DNA of 64,000 nucleotides from the human T2T-CHM13v2.0 reference genome, Homo sapiens (GCF_009914755.1 NC_060930.1), one strand, 5' to 3'; positions 13,797 through 28,430 are shown, counted from the first letter of the stretch. Numbers and translations: made by a program. The notes: generated by a model from the letters alone, not told the origin.

Positions 13797-14409
13797 ACAA
13801 GGAGGAGAGAAAAAAAGTAGAATGGAAAGAAGGGAGAGGGCAGGCGATGGAAGGGAATGAAAGGAAGGAAGAAAAACGGTGGTTCCAAACTCCTTTCCCC
13901 CTGTGAGGTCAGTAGAGAAACTTCAACCCTCTTCTGTACCTGCATGCTTTAGTTTGCATCCAGCACTCAGCCTCGTGCTGCCCAAGGCCCTTCAGGTCTC
14001 TCTTCTCCTGGGTGTGTGGGAGCACACGTCCCTGCTCCTGTGTCAGCTTCTATCCTTCAGGCGTGAGGGAAGGAAAACATGAAGCCCCCACCTAAGTCTC
14101 TGTCCCTAATTCACACTCCTGCCTCCCTCCCAGCACAGAAGCCAAAAGAAATATTAGATTCAAGCACCTTTATTCTGAGAGTGCATCCCCCTTCTTAAAA
14201 CCATCAGTAACTAGGGGGGTTGGAGGATAATTATCTGCTCTACTTGAAAAACGAAATCTTCCTTCATTCCCTACCAGTTATTAACATGAAATGTAAATAC
14301 AGCAGCAAATGACCCATTACCCATGGCCTGGGAAGTTCTTTTAAGCACAGTGTCTGCTTTTGCAGGCCATATAATAGAGTTCTTCAGTTTTTGATTTATA
14401 AAATCATGA

Positions 14410-14720
14410 TTTCAATGATACCAACCATTATTTACTTGTTTATTATAAAAACAATAGAACAACAATAAAAGAAGTTAAAGGACGCCATTCTTTCCCTCAT
14501 AGGGAAAGAATGTTTGCTCATAGGCATGTGGTGTTGGCTAGTGGCAATTATTGTGTAATCCAATTTTTTAATCCCATTTTTTTCACCTCATATTAATCCA
14601 TAAGCATTTTCCATGTTCCTACACAATCTTCATAATTATCACTTTAATGGCTGTTTAATATCCCATCAGGTTGATGTGCCGTAATTTACTTAACCATAAC
14701 CCTCTTTAGAACATAACCTT
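14410..14720 (-). mobile_element. Ancient L1ME-like fragment
   Basis: 'agcattttccatg...tttaatggctgtttaatatcccatc...taatttacttaacca' is typical antisense old L1 3' text. Confidence 0.6.
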
Positions 14721-14959
14721 TTAAAATATTAAACAGAAAGCTCATCAAGGTTTTAAAATAGATGGGGAAGGTGGTTTCTTGGCAACGCACGTGGCATTTC
14801 TCAGGTGCGTATGCGCAGGTTGGAGCTGGAGCCTGGGTCTGAGCGGGCAATGGAAACCTGGCAGGGAAAGGGGAGAGGGGTGTTCTGCTCCCAGACTGCA
14901 TCTTCCCCTGGGCTGCCAGTGCATGCCTTAGCAGCAGTCACTCACCTGCTTGGAAGCTA

Positions 14960-15170
14960 ATAATATTACTAGTAATAACAATGGCTAATATTGACTGGGC
15001 TCTGCACTAAAAACTTTATAAAATGCATCTCATTTAATCCTCACAATCAGCCAATAAAGTGATACTATTATTTTCTTCTCCATTTTACAGCCAAACAAAC
15101 AGACCCAGAGATTACACAGTGGGCAAGTGGTAGTCCTGCCCCCAGGGAGTCTGGCTTCAGAGTCCCTGCA
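14960..15170 (-). mobile_element. MIR SINE
   Basis: 'ctcatttaatcctcacaa...ccattttacag' MIR core, antisense. Confidence 0.8.
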
Positions 15171-15419
15171 AGTCTGAGCTCCTCTTTCAGTTCCGCAGCT
15201 TCTGTGCACTCAATGATTCCCATCCCGCAAGGCCCTCTGCACAGCTTGGCCAGGCTTGTCCTTACCAGGTTGTATCTGGAGCTTTTTGGGGCTTCATAAC
15301 TCTCAGCCATGGCCTGGACATGGGTACACAAGGCTTTCTGGACCCACCATTTGTGAGTGACTTGCAGATAACGAGCAAGGGACATACACTGATGACAAGA
15401 ATGGACTTGGGCAGAAACA

Positions 15420-15605
15420 ACCAACCTGGATATGCATTCTGGGCTCTGGTATTTACTAGCAATGAGGCCTTAGGCCACTTACATCTCTTGAAGCCCCAGT
15501 TGCCTAGTCTGTAAAATGAAGATAATAGCATCTACCTCTCAAGGTTGTTGTAAAGATTCAAGGTGACATGTGTGACACACATGTAGTACTCAATAATGGG
15601 TACTG
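15420..15605 (+). mobile_element. MIR SINE
   Basis: 'ctgtaaaatgaagataatagcatctacctctcaaggttgttgtaaagatt' MIR core. Confidence 0.8.
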
Positions 15606-17038
15606 TTTCTATTATCTCAGCAGATAGATGAGGAACCAGTTTTAATAAGATAAATTCCTTAGGGTCAGAAGCAAACTCTCCACTTCTACCCAGTATGAGA
15701 CAGAGAAGAAAAATGTGAACATCAAAGGAAAACGTAAGGGTTTTATTTTCCATCAGCTTCAAAGGTATGGCTAGTAGGGTGATAATAACGATAAAACAAC
15801 AGTAGTAATACTGACATTTATCGAACATTTACTCATGTCAGGCACTATACTGCCCACTCCACATGTGTTAACTCATTTCCTCTTCAAGCATCACACAGTT
15901 GAGGAAACCGAGGCACAGCAATGGTTTTGTGGCTGCCTGTGGTATGTCCACAGTCTTTGCTGCATGGAAAATGACAGTGCATCTAGCATGAGGAGCAAGA
16001 AGCCCACTGTTCTGTGCTGAGCAGAGCCCCTTGGAGGACCCTTTTCTGTTCTCAGAGCCCTGCAGAGGGAGGAAGGGGGAGCTTCTGACCAGGACAGGGT
16101 GTTCTTGAAAAGAACCACCACAGTGAGTTCCTCCTTGAAAGGACTCCAAAATGTCCAGTAAAGACTCTGAATGTTCCAGGATGGTCCCATTAGGGAAGAG
16201 AGGATGTGGGGAGGGCTAGCTGCCCTCCTCAAACACTGGGGCTCCATTTTTGCTACTGGTGTCATCCCTGAGTCTTATTACTCTCTAAAAACCCCACACC
16301 TTGCCCAGCATATAACAGATATTTGCTACAAGTTTGTTGAGTGAATGAATGTGAAGGACAAGAGTCTGTGAGGTCTCAAGGGGTAGTGTTATAGAATGTG
16401 GGGAAGCTACAGGGAGAGAAATCAACTCAGCACAAGGAGGATATGTCTATCCAAGTGTGCAAAGATGGCACGGGTGACATCAGCTGATAGGCAGTGAATC
16501 TACTGTTGCTGGATTTACTTCAGGAGAGATTGGAGCAATCACCAACCCAGGAGGCCAGCCATTAGAACACTGAACCACATGACCTTCAGGGTTCCCCGCA
16601 GCTCTGGAGTCCTGAGACCTAGATCTCCATTAGTCTCCTCTGAAAACTCTCTCTTTCATTTTCCATTCCTGAGATGGAAAGGAATTAAGAAGCTGATAAA
16701 CTACTTTTTTGGAGAATATAGTGATAGAAAATTAGCTCTGTGTGTTGAACTGTGAATGCTTAAAGACTGATAATGCCTATACTTAATCCAGGGTGATACA
16801 TCTTTAATGTCGGCATCATCCCCAGAATGCATTTTATGTTGGGGTGGAGATATCTTGGAGCCACAAACTGCCTTGGACATCTTGCTAAGACCTGAGGCCT
16901 TCTGCGCAGTAAATGAGTTACCTGTGGATGTCAGATCAGAGTTTGGTTTAGGAAGACACCTCTAGGGCTTGGATTCCTGTTTGTGAGCTGTTCTCACATC
17001 CCCAAAAGGGATGACTGGCAGCAAAGCAGGAGGCCATC

Positions 17039-17648
17039 TGTATTTGTTTTCTATGCTGCATACCAAATGACCACAAACTTAGTAACTTAAAACAACACCC
17101 ATTTATTACTTCATGGTTTCTGTAGCTCAGAAGTCCAGGAGGACTTAGCTGGGTTCTCTGCTTAGGATCTCACAAGGCAGAAATCGAGGTGTTGGCTGAC
17201 CTGGAATCTTCCCTGCAGGCTCTGGGGAAGAATCCACCTCCAAGATCATACAAGCTGTTGGCAGAATTCAGTTCCTTGCAGTTGTAGGATTGAGATACCC
17301 ATTTTTTATGCCACCTGCCAGGCAGGTGTTGCTTCAGTATCTGAGGGCCCCTCCTCGTCCTTTCCATGTGGCCCCCTCATCTCCAAAGCCAGTGGTGGCA
17401 CCTCAAATCTTTCTTGGGCTTCACAGCTTCCTAAAGCCCCTTCTGTGACCAGCTGGAGAAAACACTGATTTAGAAGGGCTCATGGAATTGGGTTAGAACC
17501 ACCCAGGTGATCTCACATTCTGAAAATCAACCAATTGGTAACCTACATTACACCTGCAAACTCCTATTTGCCATGTCATGTAATATAGTCACAGGACTAA
17601 TGTCAGGGGCAGCTATGATGGGAACAGCATGGAATTCTGCTTACCACA
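17039..17648 (-). mobile_element. MaLR solo LTR (MLT1E-like)
   Basis: 'tgtatttgttttctatgctgc...ccacaaacttagtaacttaaaacaacaccc...ttggcagaattcagttccttgcagttgtagg...gaattctgcttaccaca'. Confidence 0.85.
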
Positions 17649-20224
17649 CCATCTGAGTAGATGGAGAGTGGTGTGCAGGCAGAGGTACCGGGGAAGGAGA
17701 GAGACAGAATGACATTGGGGCTGGTGCTCAGATGTGGAGACATAGGAACCATTGAGCATTCGTGCTTTCTGAGGAAGAATCCACAGACCTAGAGAACCTG
17801 TGGCAAGGCCTTTTTTCCTCTGCCAGTGTCTCCCACAAAGCCCCAAAACTGGATTCACAGGTGCCCCTCAAAACATACATGCCAGATCTGGGTCCACCCT
17901 ATTTCCCAGATCAACCTGGCCAGGCTGAAATGTCAGCAGCAGCCTCAGCCGACACTGCCAACCACCCTCAGAATCTGTGAGGTGGGGAAGGCTGGGGAGC
18001 CTGAGACTACCATGTCACTGTGTCACACTGCGGCAACTGCATTCCCCAGTATCACCAGACACCAAGCTTCCAGCTGAGGGCTCCTTCCAGCATCCGCCCC
18101 GCCTCCTGTAGGCCAGGTCTCCCTGGGAACCACAGCTGCTGAGCTGAGTCCCTGCCACCCTCCCCTAGAGGCAGGGCCTCCTTGCTTTGTCTCCACACTT
18201 GTTGGGGTCCTGGCCACACAAGCCCTAGAAGCATTTTGGTCCCTATTTTTTGGTGAGCCTCTATTGAGAGAGCATGCCACAGCATTCAGTCAGACCCTGG
18301 TTCAGAGGTGGAAAATTACACAGCTTAGAAGTAGCAGGATTCTAATACCTGTCCTTGGATATGCTCTTGGGCTGGCTCAGAACCTGGGATGGGAGGGTAG
18401 CAACACAGCCATGACCTGGGACTCAGGAAACTGAAGTTCCTGGGCAAGGTGAGAAACACCCTACATTACCTCATGTGCCATCTTTTTAATGTTGGAGAGG
18501 AGAACATCCTTCTCTTTGCCTAATTAGGTTCAATTTATAGCAAAGATATGCAAGGAAAATAGCCTTTTCTAACTGAGTTCATGGCAGCTACAACCTCTGG
18601 GAGGAAGTGGTTCCAGCAGCTGTTGATGGGCTCACTGCCGTTCACAGCTGCTTAAGCAGCAGGTTGGGAAAAGAGGGTTCTCTAGCTCAGTCTCTCTGGG
18701 TTCATCGCAAAACATCTCCTGAATGCTCCAGGAATCAGGCTGGAATTTATCATACATTTGGGGAAAATAAGTCAACCCAGTGAAAAGATTTGCTGCAACC
18801 TCTGAGAGTTATAATAGCACAAGAAATGGCCTTTCAGATACAATGGCATAAAACCTGAAGTTTTATAGAAAAAAAAACTTAGGTAGTAGGCATGTTTACT
18901 CAGGCCATGCCTGCAAGCTGGAAGGTTTGGTTGCCTTCAGCATGGAGCTTCTCTTTGTGGACTTTATCGCAATTTTAATTGCTGCTTGTGTGGCTGTCTA
19001 CTTCATGCCTCCTCTTCCTCCCAGGGACTGCAGGCTCCATGAGGGAAGAGATGCTTCTGCCTTTTCACCACCAATCCCCACCAGAAAGCTAGTCCCTGAC
19101 ACAGGAGGCATTTATTAACTATCTGTGGAATAAATAAATGAGAGGTTATGTTCTCTTTAAAGCAGAATAGAAAACCAGAATAAAATTGAACAGCAATTGA
19201 TCATATTTGGAATGGTGCCAAGCTATCAGTTGCACTTAGAATTTGTATTTCTCTAATTCTTGCTCACAGCTCTAGCATGAATGTTAGTGAATAGGTGGTA
19301 TTTTTAATTCAAGTGTTGATTTCTATAGAAAAGATGTAATTGCTTGTAATCATGTGCTATTAGATCTGAGATACTGCTAACCCTTCTGAGAATCCTAATC
19401 ATTTGGGCCAGGTGAATACCGTCCGGCCTCACAGGCATGGTGCCCAAGGAAAGTGACAGCAAATGTCAAAACAGCATTCTATCGCACCCCAGGGATGGGA
19501 AGAAGATAGAACCTGGTTTTTGGTAGCAGTTCCAACCTCAGGAGGAGCCAGCGTTTGCTGAAATAGGAACTCACATCCATCAGAGGGAGCGGACAGTGAG
19601 GCTTTTAATTGCTGACTCTTTTGAACACTGACTCACAACCTCTCTTTGACTGGGGAAATGTCGAAGAATTGCAGCATCAGGAGGGAAGTCCTTCCCATTT
19701 GATTCAAAAGACATCAAGGATATTTTTCCCTTTACCTTTTCTATCTTCTCTTTAGGGGACTTTACGGAAACCAGAATCTCTAATAGAAGTGGGTGACAGT
19801 AGATTCCTAGCCACTTTAAAGTCCGTAATGAGACACATTCATCTCCCTTCCTGACCCTCTTGAAGGAGTCAACTAAGTTACTTAATATTCTAATGTCCTT
19901 GAGTCCCTTGCTTAGAGAATCTCATTTGTTTGTATAAAGAGAAAATTAAAGCCCTACAGTAGGCCTTATGAAAAATTGCTAGAGCTCTTGAGTTAGATTT
20001 GGAAGCAGGACACCCACAAACAATAAATACTCCATCCTCCAACAAACTAGAAACTAACACAGCCCCATGAACATGAACTTCCCCAATTCTCCTCAAACAG
20101 CACAGAGCGTCAACAGATGGCCCTTTACCCTTTCCTCCCTTACTTCCTTACCCTGTATTCATAAGTTAAGCCCTTCTCAATCCAGTTAGAATCTTTCTCC
20201 AGTATCCTGTGTCACCCACCCCAG

Positions 20225-20460
20225 GTGTGGTGATGTAAAGATTAAGAGTGTGCCCTCTGGAGTCACTCTACCAGGACAAACTTCCCAGTCCCACCTCTTC
20301 CCAGCTGATCGACCTGCAGCCAATTATTTAAACTCTCTAAGCTTCAGGCTCTCATCTGTAAGTTGGGAGCAAAATAGTTGCAACCTCACAAGGTTGCTGT
20401 GGCAATCAGAAGACACAATCCCTAGTACGTAAGCCCTTGAGAACAGTTACCTATTATTAA
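20225..20460 (+). mobile_element. MIR SINE
   Basis: 'attaagagtgtgccctctggagtca...ctcatctgtaag...cctcacaaggttgctgtg'. Confidence 0.75.
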
Positions 20461-21009
20461 TTCTAAAATGCTCTGGCCAAAACCCAATCCTTTCCATTTC
20501 CAAACATGCCTATGTTTTTCCTGCTTCTATGCCTTTGATCCCACCTTTTTTTCCCCACCAGAATGCTCTTCTCCTTCTATCTCCTTCACAGAGCAAGCTA
20601 AATGCCTCCATTGCCAAGAAGACCCCACTGTTTCCTGCAGCTGGAGGTTTGCCTTCTTCTTTGGCACACTTTTGGCACTGCATCTCTTCTCTTGGTATCA
20701 AAGAGCCTGGCTTGGGAGCAGGCAACCTGCCCTGGAGTTCTGGCTCCACCTCTGCCCAGCCATGGGGGCTGAACAAGTGTTTGCATCTGTGTAATAGGAT
20801 TATTTTTTATATTATACTAGTTACATAAATAATTTTATCAGTTATTTTATTAACAGTAACTACAGGAAGGATTAAATGAGTCACAAAAAAGCACTTAGTA
20901 CAGTGCCTGGTGCATTAAAAAGTGCTAAGTATTAGCTTTGATTGTTCTGCCTCTCATTTGCAGGTGTCTGGCATAGAGCAGATTTTGCACAAAGCCTTGC
21001 AGATGTTAC

Positions 21010-21116
21010 TAAGGTGACTGTACATCCAAGTTTGCCTGTTGTCCCAGCGTAGAAATTAATAACACCCTCTTTCATCCTAAAAAGTGCCACAGTTTAGCCA
21101 ATAAATGATCCACCCA
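21010..21116 (+). mobile_element. MER94-like hAT-Blackjack MITE
   Basis: 'taaggtgac...gcctgttgtcccagcgt...attaataacaccctctttcatcctaaaaagtg...caccc' matches the recalled MER94 consensus. Confidence 0.65.
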
Positions 21117-23227
21117 AAATATTACCCACTTGGTAAATTGTGTTGAGCTAGTGAAGAAAAGCATGCGTGAGGCTTGTTGACCTAGGACCCATGGCTCAGT
21201 TACTCCCCTCACTCCAAATGCAGGACTGACACTGAGAATGCCCCTTCACATGCTCCCTGGCCACACCTCCCCCTACCCCATGACCTCTAGGCACCCTCTG
21301 CCTCTAGCCTGACCCTGGCTCTTTGGAATGCTCCACTCCATCAGTGTATCCCAATTACTGCTGCTTCTTCTGCGTCCCTCCTCCCTCTCATCATCTGTAC
21401 ACCTGAAAGCCCATACAAATGTATTTGCATAAAGATGATCATACGTGATCATAGTTTAATGTGATGGGTGAAAAGAGTCTTCAGTCTAACATGAAACAGT
21501 GCTTTAACCCCAAAAGAGAAAATTCGGGCATCAGAGATAGGCTGCGGCAGGGGCAGACATTTGCCAGAGGGAGTCACCATAAAACACCCTTTTAATGGAT
21601 TTGCAGTTATTTTCCAAGGATCTGAATATCTGGACCCATTATCTCTGTGCCCCTGCCTACCCTCAGCTGATGGGGATGGCATCTTTTAGTCTAATGACAT
21701 ATGGCACATGAGCAAGAGTGCCTTTCAGGAACTCCACTCTGAAGACTATGACGATGACCCAGGGAAAAAGGACTAGCTAGTGCACATTCAAGGAGCAGCC
21801 ATGAATGAAATATGAGCCTGGGGAAAGTGACTGAAGAGGGAGATTCCAAGGGAGCGGGGGCTTCTAGGTGCCCACCTGGAGCTGAAAATGGGACATGGGG
21901 GAAGGGTAAAGCTCTGTTTCACTATGATCCAGACTCCAAGAGTAATTCTCATCAGCCAGGAATAAGATGAATTTCCAAGCTCTAATAGCAGAATTAAATT
22001 GACATAGCCATATATTTAGCAAACTTCGTATTGAGTGCCTACTCTGTACAAAGCACTGGGTGACTAGAAAAGGGTTCCAGACAATAGTTTCATAGGAAAA
22101 GCAGTATGACCCTTTCTCCAAGGATCTTTTGAAGTCATTGTCTAGGTAAAGCAGAAACAAGTAAAGCAAGGGTCTGCAAGTGTTCCATTCAGAATGAGAA
22201 CCAAACCAGTTGGCACCAAGATTGCAAGTCACTGGGCAAAGGGCTGGAAAAGACCAGTTTTAGGTACCACCCAAGGGTTCTTCGCCCTAGGAAGTGGAGG
22301 TTCCCAGGTTATGGAGGCAGGAGAGCAGGCCTAATGGATGGGATCCTTGCAAACCTCATTCGAAAAACAGAATTGAGCACAGAGCATGGTTCAGGGTTAA
22401 CTCTACCCCAGTTTTCCCAGGAAAGCAAGAGAAAAGCTATGAAGATCAATCAGTGTTGGAAGAGTTAAGCCCCATTCAGGAATTAACAGAGGAATTAACC
22501 TGAAGAATCACAGAAACTCATATGACCTGACAACTTTCCAAGCATGTAATTTATCCAATTAAACATTTTATGCCACTGTAACCATACAGGGTTTGTGTTT
22601 TCATAACCCCAAAGGTCTTTACTTCTTAGACACTTAGGTTTTCTTCATCTTTCTGCCCAGACACATCTGTCTGTATAATTATATCATCTAAAGCATAATA
22701 TGTGGTATAATTACATGAAATTTTATTTAATTCTTCATTTTCACTCTATGGTGTACATACTGCTCACAGTTTATATAAGGTGCTTGGAGATGGGGTTCCA
22801 GCTTTTGATAAAGCTGCTTTCCTGTCTTTTAGTCACCTCTTTAGGGCCCTGCTCAAGTCCTCTTGTCCACGAAGCTTTCCTTGACCACCCCAGGCCACAA
22901 TGACCGTTCCAAGTTTCTACAACCCTCATCACTCACTTGACACTTGCCCCATATTATCTTGTCTTCCTAATTTGGTCTTGCATCTGGTAGAGTATGAACT
23001 CCTCAAAGGGAAGGACCAAGATCTCCTATTTCTGTTGATCACTTGTAGCATCTGCCCAAATGCTTTGGCACCTGCTGGATCCTCAACCCATGACAAATAG
23101 ATGCTGATTCACTAGGGCTGGGATAGAAGCCATGCTCCTTTGCAGAGGCACATGTTTTACAAGTTATGCACAATTCTTCTACCAGCCCAACCCAACCAAA
23201 TCTATAGACAAAGAATGATGTTTAGTT

Positions 23228-23650
23228 CTGTATCAGTTAGGAGCTTTCAGGTGACAGAAAACCCAATTCAAATTGGCTTAAGCAAAAGACCAAATTAATT
23301 AGTTCAGATAACCACAAATCCCAGGAATAGTCTGGCTTCAGGTATTTTTGGATTCAGAGCTCAAGTTATATTATTAGAATGAGGTTTTCCTAACCTCTCA
23401 GCTCCTTCTTCCTACATGTTGATCTTCCTCACTTTGCTTCTAGTCTCCTTCTGACAACAGCTTCAGCCCTTACGGTATCTTGGTCAATAGAAAAGAACAC
23501 TGCTATTTGCCCTAAAGTGTCTCATGACATCTCATCAGCTCTGATTTACTCACATGCCAATCCCTGGACTAGTTACTTGGGCCCCAGTGAGGCAGTATGC
23601 TGCTGCATGACATAAACCTAGAGGATATGTTCCACCCCTAGAGCCCAGGA
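23228..23650 (-). mobile_element. Old MaLR LTR (MLT1J/K-like)
   Basis: 'tgtatcagttagg...gtgacagaaaacccaattcaaattggcttaagcaaaag...tctggcttcagg'. Confidence 0.65.
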
Positions 23651-23964
23651 ATCTGTTTTTAACAAGCCCACCAGATTTTTCTAGTGCACATTAAAGTTTG
23701 AGGACCATTGATCACGCGTCTGGCCACATGAGTAGGCGAGAAAAGAACCAAGAGAATGGGGGATGAGATCACTGGAGGCAGGAAGCACAGCATATTTTCT
23801 GGAACATCTATATAAATATGGAATTGCTTAAAATGGCATCAGGGCCTGGGGAAAGCAGTGAAAGACCATCAGCTAGGGGTACCACCCATCAAAGAGTAAA
23901 TTTCACTTATAAGACTCAAAGATACATTTAGACTTTGGTCCCCAGTTAGATCCATCTGACTCGA

Positions 23965-24870
<906 letters not shown>

Positions 24871-25689
24871 CAGTGCTTACTTATCATGGCTTTCTCCTAA
24901 TCTCCTCCCTCTTTGCCCTTGTGCAGCTGCTAGTTTACATCTCTCTCATTATAGACCCTGCGAAGTTTGTTTGTGAGCCCAGGTTTATGACCTTAGAAAT
25001 AATAAGTGAATTTCAGACAAGAAGAATAAGCTACACAATTCTATTACCACTGCTTACTCATTAACTATTGTAATCTTTTAAATAACATGCCAGGATTTAA
25101 AAAATAAAATTTCGCAAACATGGAAGACTTACCATGTACAAATAGTGAAAACATGAGATGAATAAGTGAGGAGGGGAAGGGCTTGCTTTTGGTGGGACTC
25201 ATGTTTTGGCCAAGGAAATAGAGTGAAACAACCAACCCCAGGAGTGGGTGGCAGTCGCCATGGTTATGGTGTAATGGTAACTCTCATGTCTGCCCCAGGA
25301 CTGAGGGGCCTTACTCAAGAGCTGACAAAGTAACTGCAGTTGGAAGGGCGTGTCTTATTTCTGCAGTCAACAAGGGAGGAGCCAGGCCTTCCAGGAAGCA
25401 GGAGCCGCATGCCAAGACCCAGAAGCATAAGCACCATGTACATTCTGGGAAATGGGGCTGGTCCCAGCTGGTTGGGACCTGTGGGGTCCCCTGTGGGGAG
25501 AGTGGTGAGGGAAAAGTGAGGTTCTAGCCAGACTGTCAGGGCCTGGAAGACCATATTGAGTCTGAATTTTATAATGTGGTCTCTGAGAAGAGAATGAAGA
25601 TCCTTAAAGGAGGAAAACCGGCAAGTGGAATCGACACTGGAAAGCAAGGAGACCAGAGAAGAGGTTGCTACACTCAACTGAGGAGTGAT

Positions 25690-26920
25690 ATCTAGAACAT
25701 ACAAGTGTTTCATGCAGATCAATTTAAAAAAAAGAGAAAGAAAGAAAGCAGAATAGAAAAGCAGACTAAAGATATGAACAGACAATTGGTAGAATGGAAA
25801 ACACAAATAGCCACTAAATATATATAAAGGTGAAGACCTTGTTGGCAATCAGGGAAATTAAAATGAACACTACAACATATTGTCATTTCACAGCCATCTG
25901 ATGGGCAAAATTTAAAGTATAATAATACTGAGCATTCCTGAACTACTCACACACTGATAATAAGAGTACAAATTATAGGCTTCTTTTGGAAAGCAACTTG
26001 TCAACATCTAATGAAGTCGCAGTGTGCACATCATTGCATCCAGGATTCCAAGTCACCATATCAGTCCCATGTGCTCACAGGAGTATATACGAGGATGTTC
26101 ATTACAGCCTTGCCTGTTACAGCAAAAGAGAATGAGAAAGAGACAGAGCACACCTAACTGGCTGTTATGGGCTGAATGGTGTCCCCCCAAAATTCATATG
26201 TTAAAATCCTAACCCCTAGAACCTCAGAGTGTGACTATATTTGGAGATAGAGTCTTTAAAGAGGTGGTTAAGTTGACATGAATTCATTGGGATGAGCCCT
26301 AATCCAATATGCCTGGTGCCCCTATAAGAAGAAAAGATTAGGACACAGGTAGGCACAGGGAGAAGATAGCCATCCATGAGCCACAGAGAAAGGCCTCAGA
26401 AGAAACCAACCCTGGCAACACCTTGATCTTGGACTTCTAGACTCTGGCATCAAGAGGAAATAAATTTCCGTTGTTTAAGCCACCCAGTCTGTGGCACTTT
26501 GTTATAGAAGCCCTAGCAAACTAATACAATGGCCTTCAATGGGGGCATAAAGTTAAAAATAATTAAATTAAAAGAATAAACCAGATCTATGTGTATCAAC
26601 ATGGCTGCAGCTTGACAACATAATGTCACATGAAAAATCAAGTTGCAGAAAGTACAGTCAGTATGATGGGAATTCTGTAACGTGGCTGGGAATTATACAA
26701 ACTAATTTCAGGATATTAGTCATGGTGGGGAGGGACAGGAATGGGGTGGCAGGGAGGTGGAAAGAGGCTTCAACTGTATCTATAAGGCTTCATATACATA
26801 AATAGATATAGAGGTATAAATGACAGAAAGTAAATATTTGCTAATTGTGGTGGTAGGCACATGTTATGTTTTTCTCTGTATTTTATTGTATTTTATTTTT
26901 ATATATGTTTTTAAATTGTT
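25690..26920 (+). mobile_element. Ancient L1M(C/E) 3' fragment, interrupted by an MLT1 LTR
   Basis: 'aaagatatgaacagacaatt...aatcagggaaattaaaatgaacactac', 'gatgttcattacagc', 'gatctatgtgtatcaacatgg'. Confidence 0.65.
26163..26528 (+). mobile_element. MaLR solo LTR (MLT1A/B)
   Basis: TG...CA ends ('tgttatgggctgaat'...'gcaaactaataca'), AATAAA near 26459, 5-bp TSD ctggc / atggc. Confidence 0.9.
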
Positions 26921-28360
26921 TTAAGAGGAGATTGGGAAAGGAGTGCTGAGGACCTGAACCAAGGCAGCAGCTCAGAGGGAGGAACTCACCAGCATCTCAT
27001 TTTCAGAAACTATCTTTTCTCTTCACGTGTTATCTATTCCTTTTCTTCCAGGAGATAGTGTAGTGCTCTGTTCCAGAATGAAGATACTAGCTGCTTTCTT
27101 CCCTGGATGAGTCCTGGAAGCTGCAGGACTGGAAGTCATGAGACTTGACTCATGTTTTCCTTTTAAGTTCTTCCAGCTCAGAAAAATGGAAACCTCTTTT
27201 AGGTGTTCTCGCTAAAGCCTTTGCCCAAGGGTCCCACCTTTCATAATGACACAGCATGTCCAGACCATGCCCTTGGTGTTGAGCTTTCAGGACTCAAGTC
27301 ACACACATGTTCATTTTGCCCACAAAAGGCAGTGACGCCAGGCCCAGCAATGTTCCTGAAAAGGGCACAGATGGGTTTCTGGTTCCACCCCTGCCTCTAA
27401 TCAGACCCATTTCCCTGGGCAAGTCTCTCACCCCTGAGGCTCGGTTTCCCTTCCGTGATACCAGGGGTTTGGACTAGATTTCACCCATCCCCTATGCATC
27501 TCACCCTGTTTGTGTGGCGGAAGCATGGCTCTTACAGGACAGGACCCATTCAGGCTTGGCAGCCACCAAGTCAGGCCTCCCCCTGCTGAGCTGCCTGCAA
27601 AGTTGTTCATTTATCTTGTCCGGAAGAGGCAGCTCACTTGTGAATCTTGGCATATCAATCAACACATCCAGCAGAGGCATTGAGAGATTCAGAGCCCGCA
27701 AAGCATATCTAAGCTTGTTTATGGCTATCCTAAGGGCTGTGCTAGTTGCTTGCAAACAAAATGCTCCAACTCATTGTGGATCTATATTTGGTTCCAGCAT
27801 GAACATTGTAATCGCTAAAATTCAAAACCAGGCAGACAGTCGGCGCCTTGGGACTTGTTTCTGAGGCTGAACTGGGATATGCCGGGGGTAATCAACCAAC
27901 TGATCCTTCAATATTTGTTGGCTCCTTGGCCTGTACCTGTTGGCCCCATTGTGACTTGGGCAGAATTTGTCTTTAGTGCTTCTGCTCACCCATCCCCAAA
28001 GCCTTTGCACCTCCGGGCCCCTGCCTTGTTTGAGTACCTAGTACTCTCTTCTCCCTCCTCTACTCCAATCACACCTCTCTCTCAGGGAAGAATGTATCCC
28101 ACTTCTTGATCTCTTGAGCTTGCTTTGTTCAAAGAACATCCTTGTTCCTTTATAAGGACTTCCAGGCAACAGGGAATAAGCAGGTGGCAAACGTATGCTC
28201 TTTGATCTGACATCCTTCCTCCACTCCCCACCCATGATTCCCTCTCCACAATGTGGTGGGAATAAATCCCTGCCTTGGCCCTTACTGTCCTGTGGTCAAC
28301 CTTAAAGCAGGTTGCTCAACTCTCCAAGCCTCAATTTCTCATCCATAAAATAGGGAACAC

Positions 28361-28430
28361 GGTGCCTACTTTCCAGGGCACCTTTCAGGTGCTACTTTCC
28401 AGGGCACTTTCCAGGTGCCTACTTTTCAGG
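28361..28430. repeat. Small 26-27 bp tandem repeat (about 2.6 copies) inside a MIR
   Basis: ggtgcctactttccagggcacctttca / ggtgctactttccagggcactttcca / ggtgcctacttttcagg. Confidence 0.85.

Noticed and set aside
25315-25848. Longest ORF (177 aa, minus strand)
   Set aside because: It runs antisense through old L1 sequence and into L2-like sequence, with low-complexity F/S/L composition and no homology I recognise.
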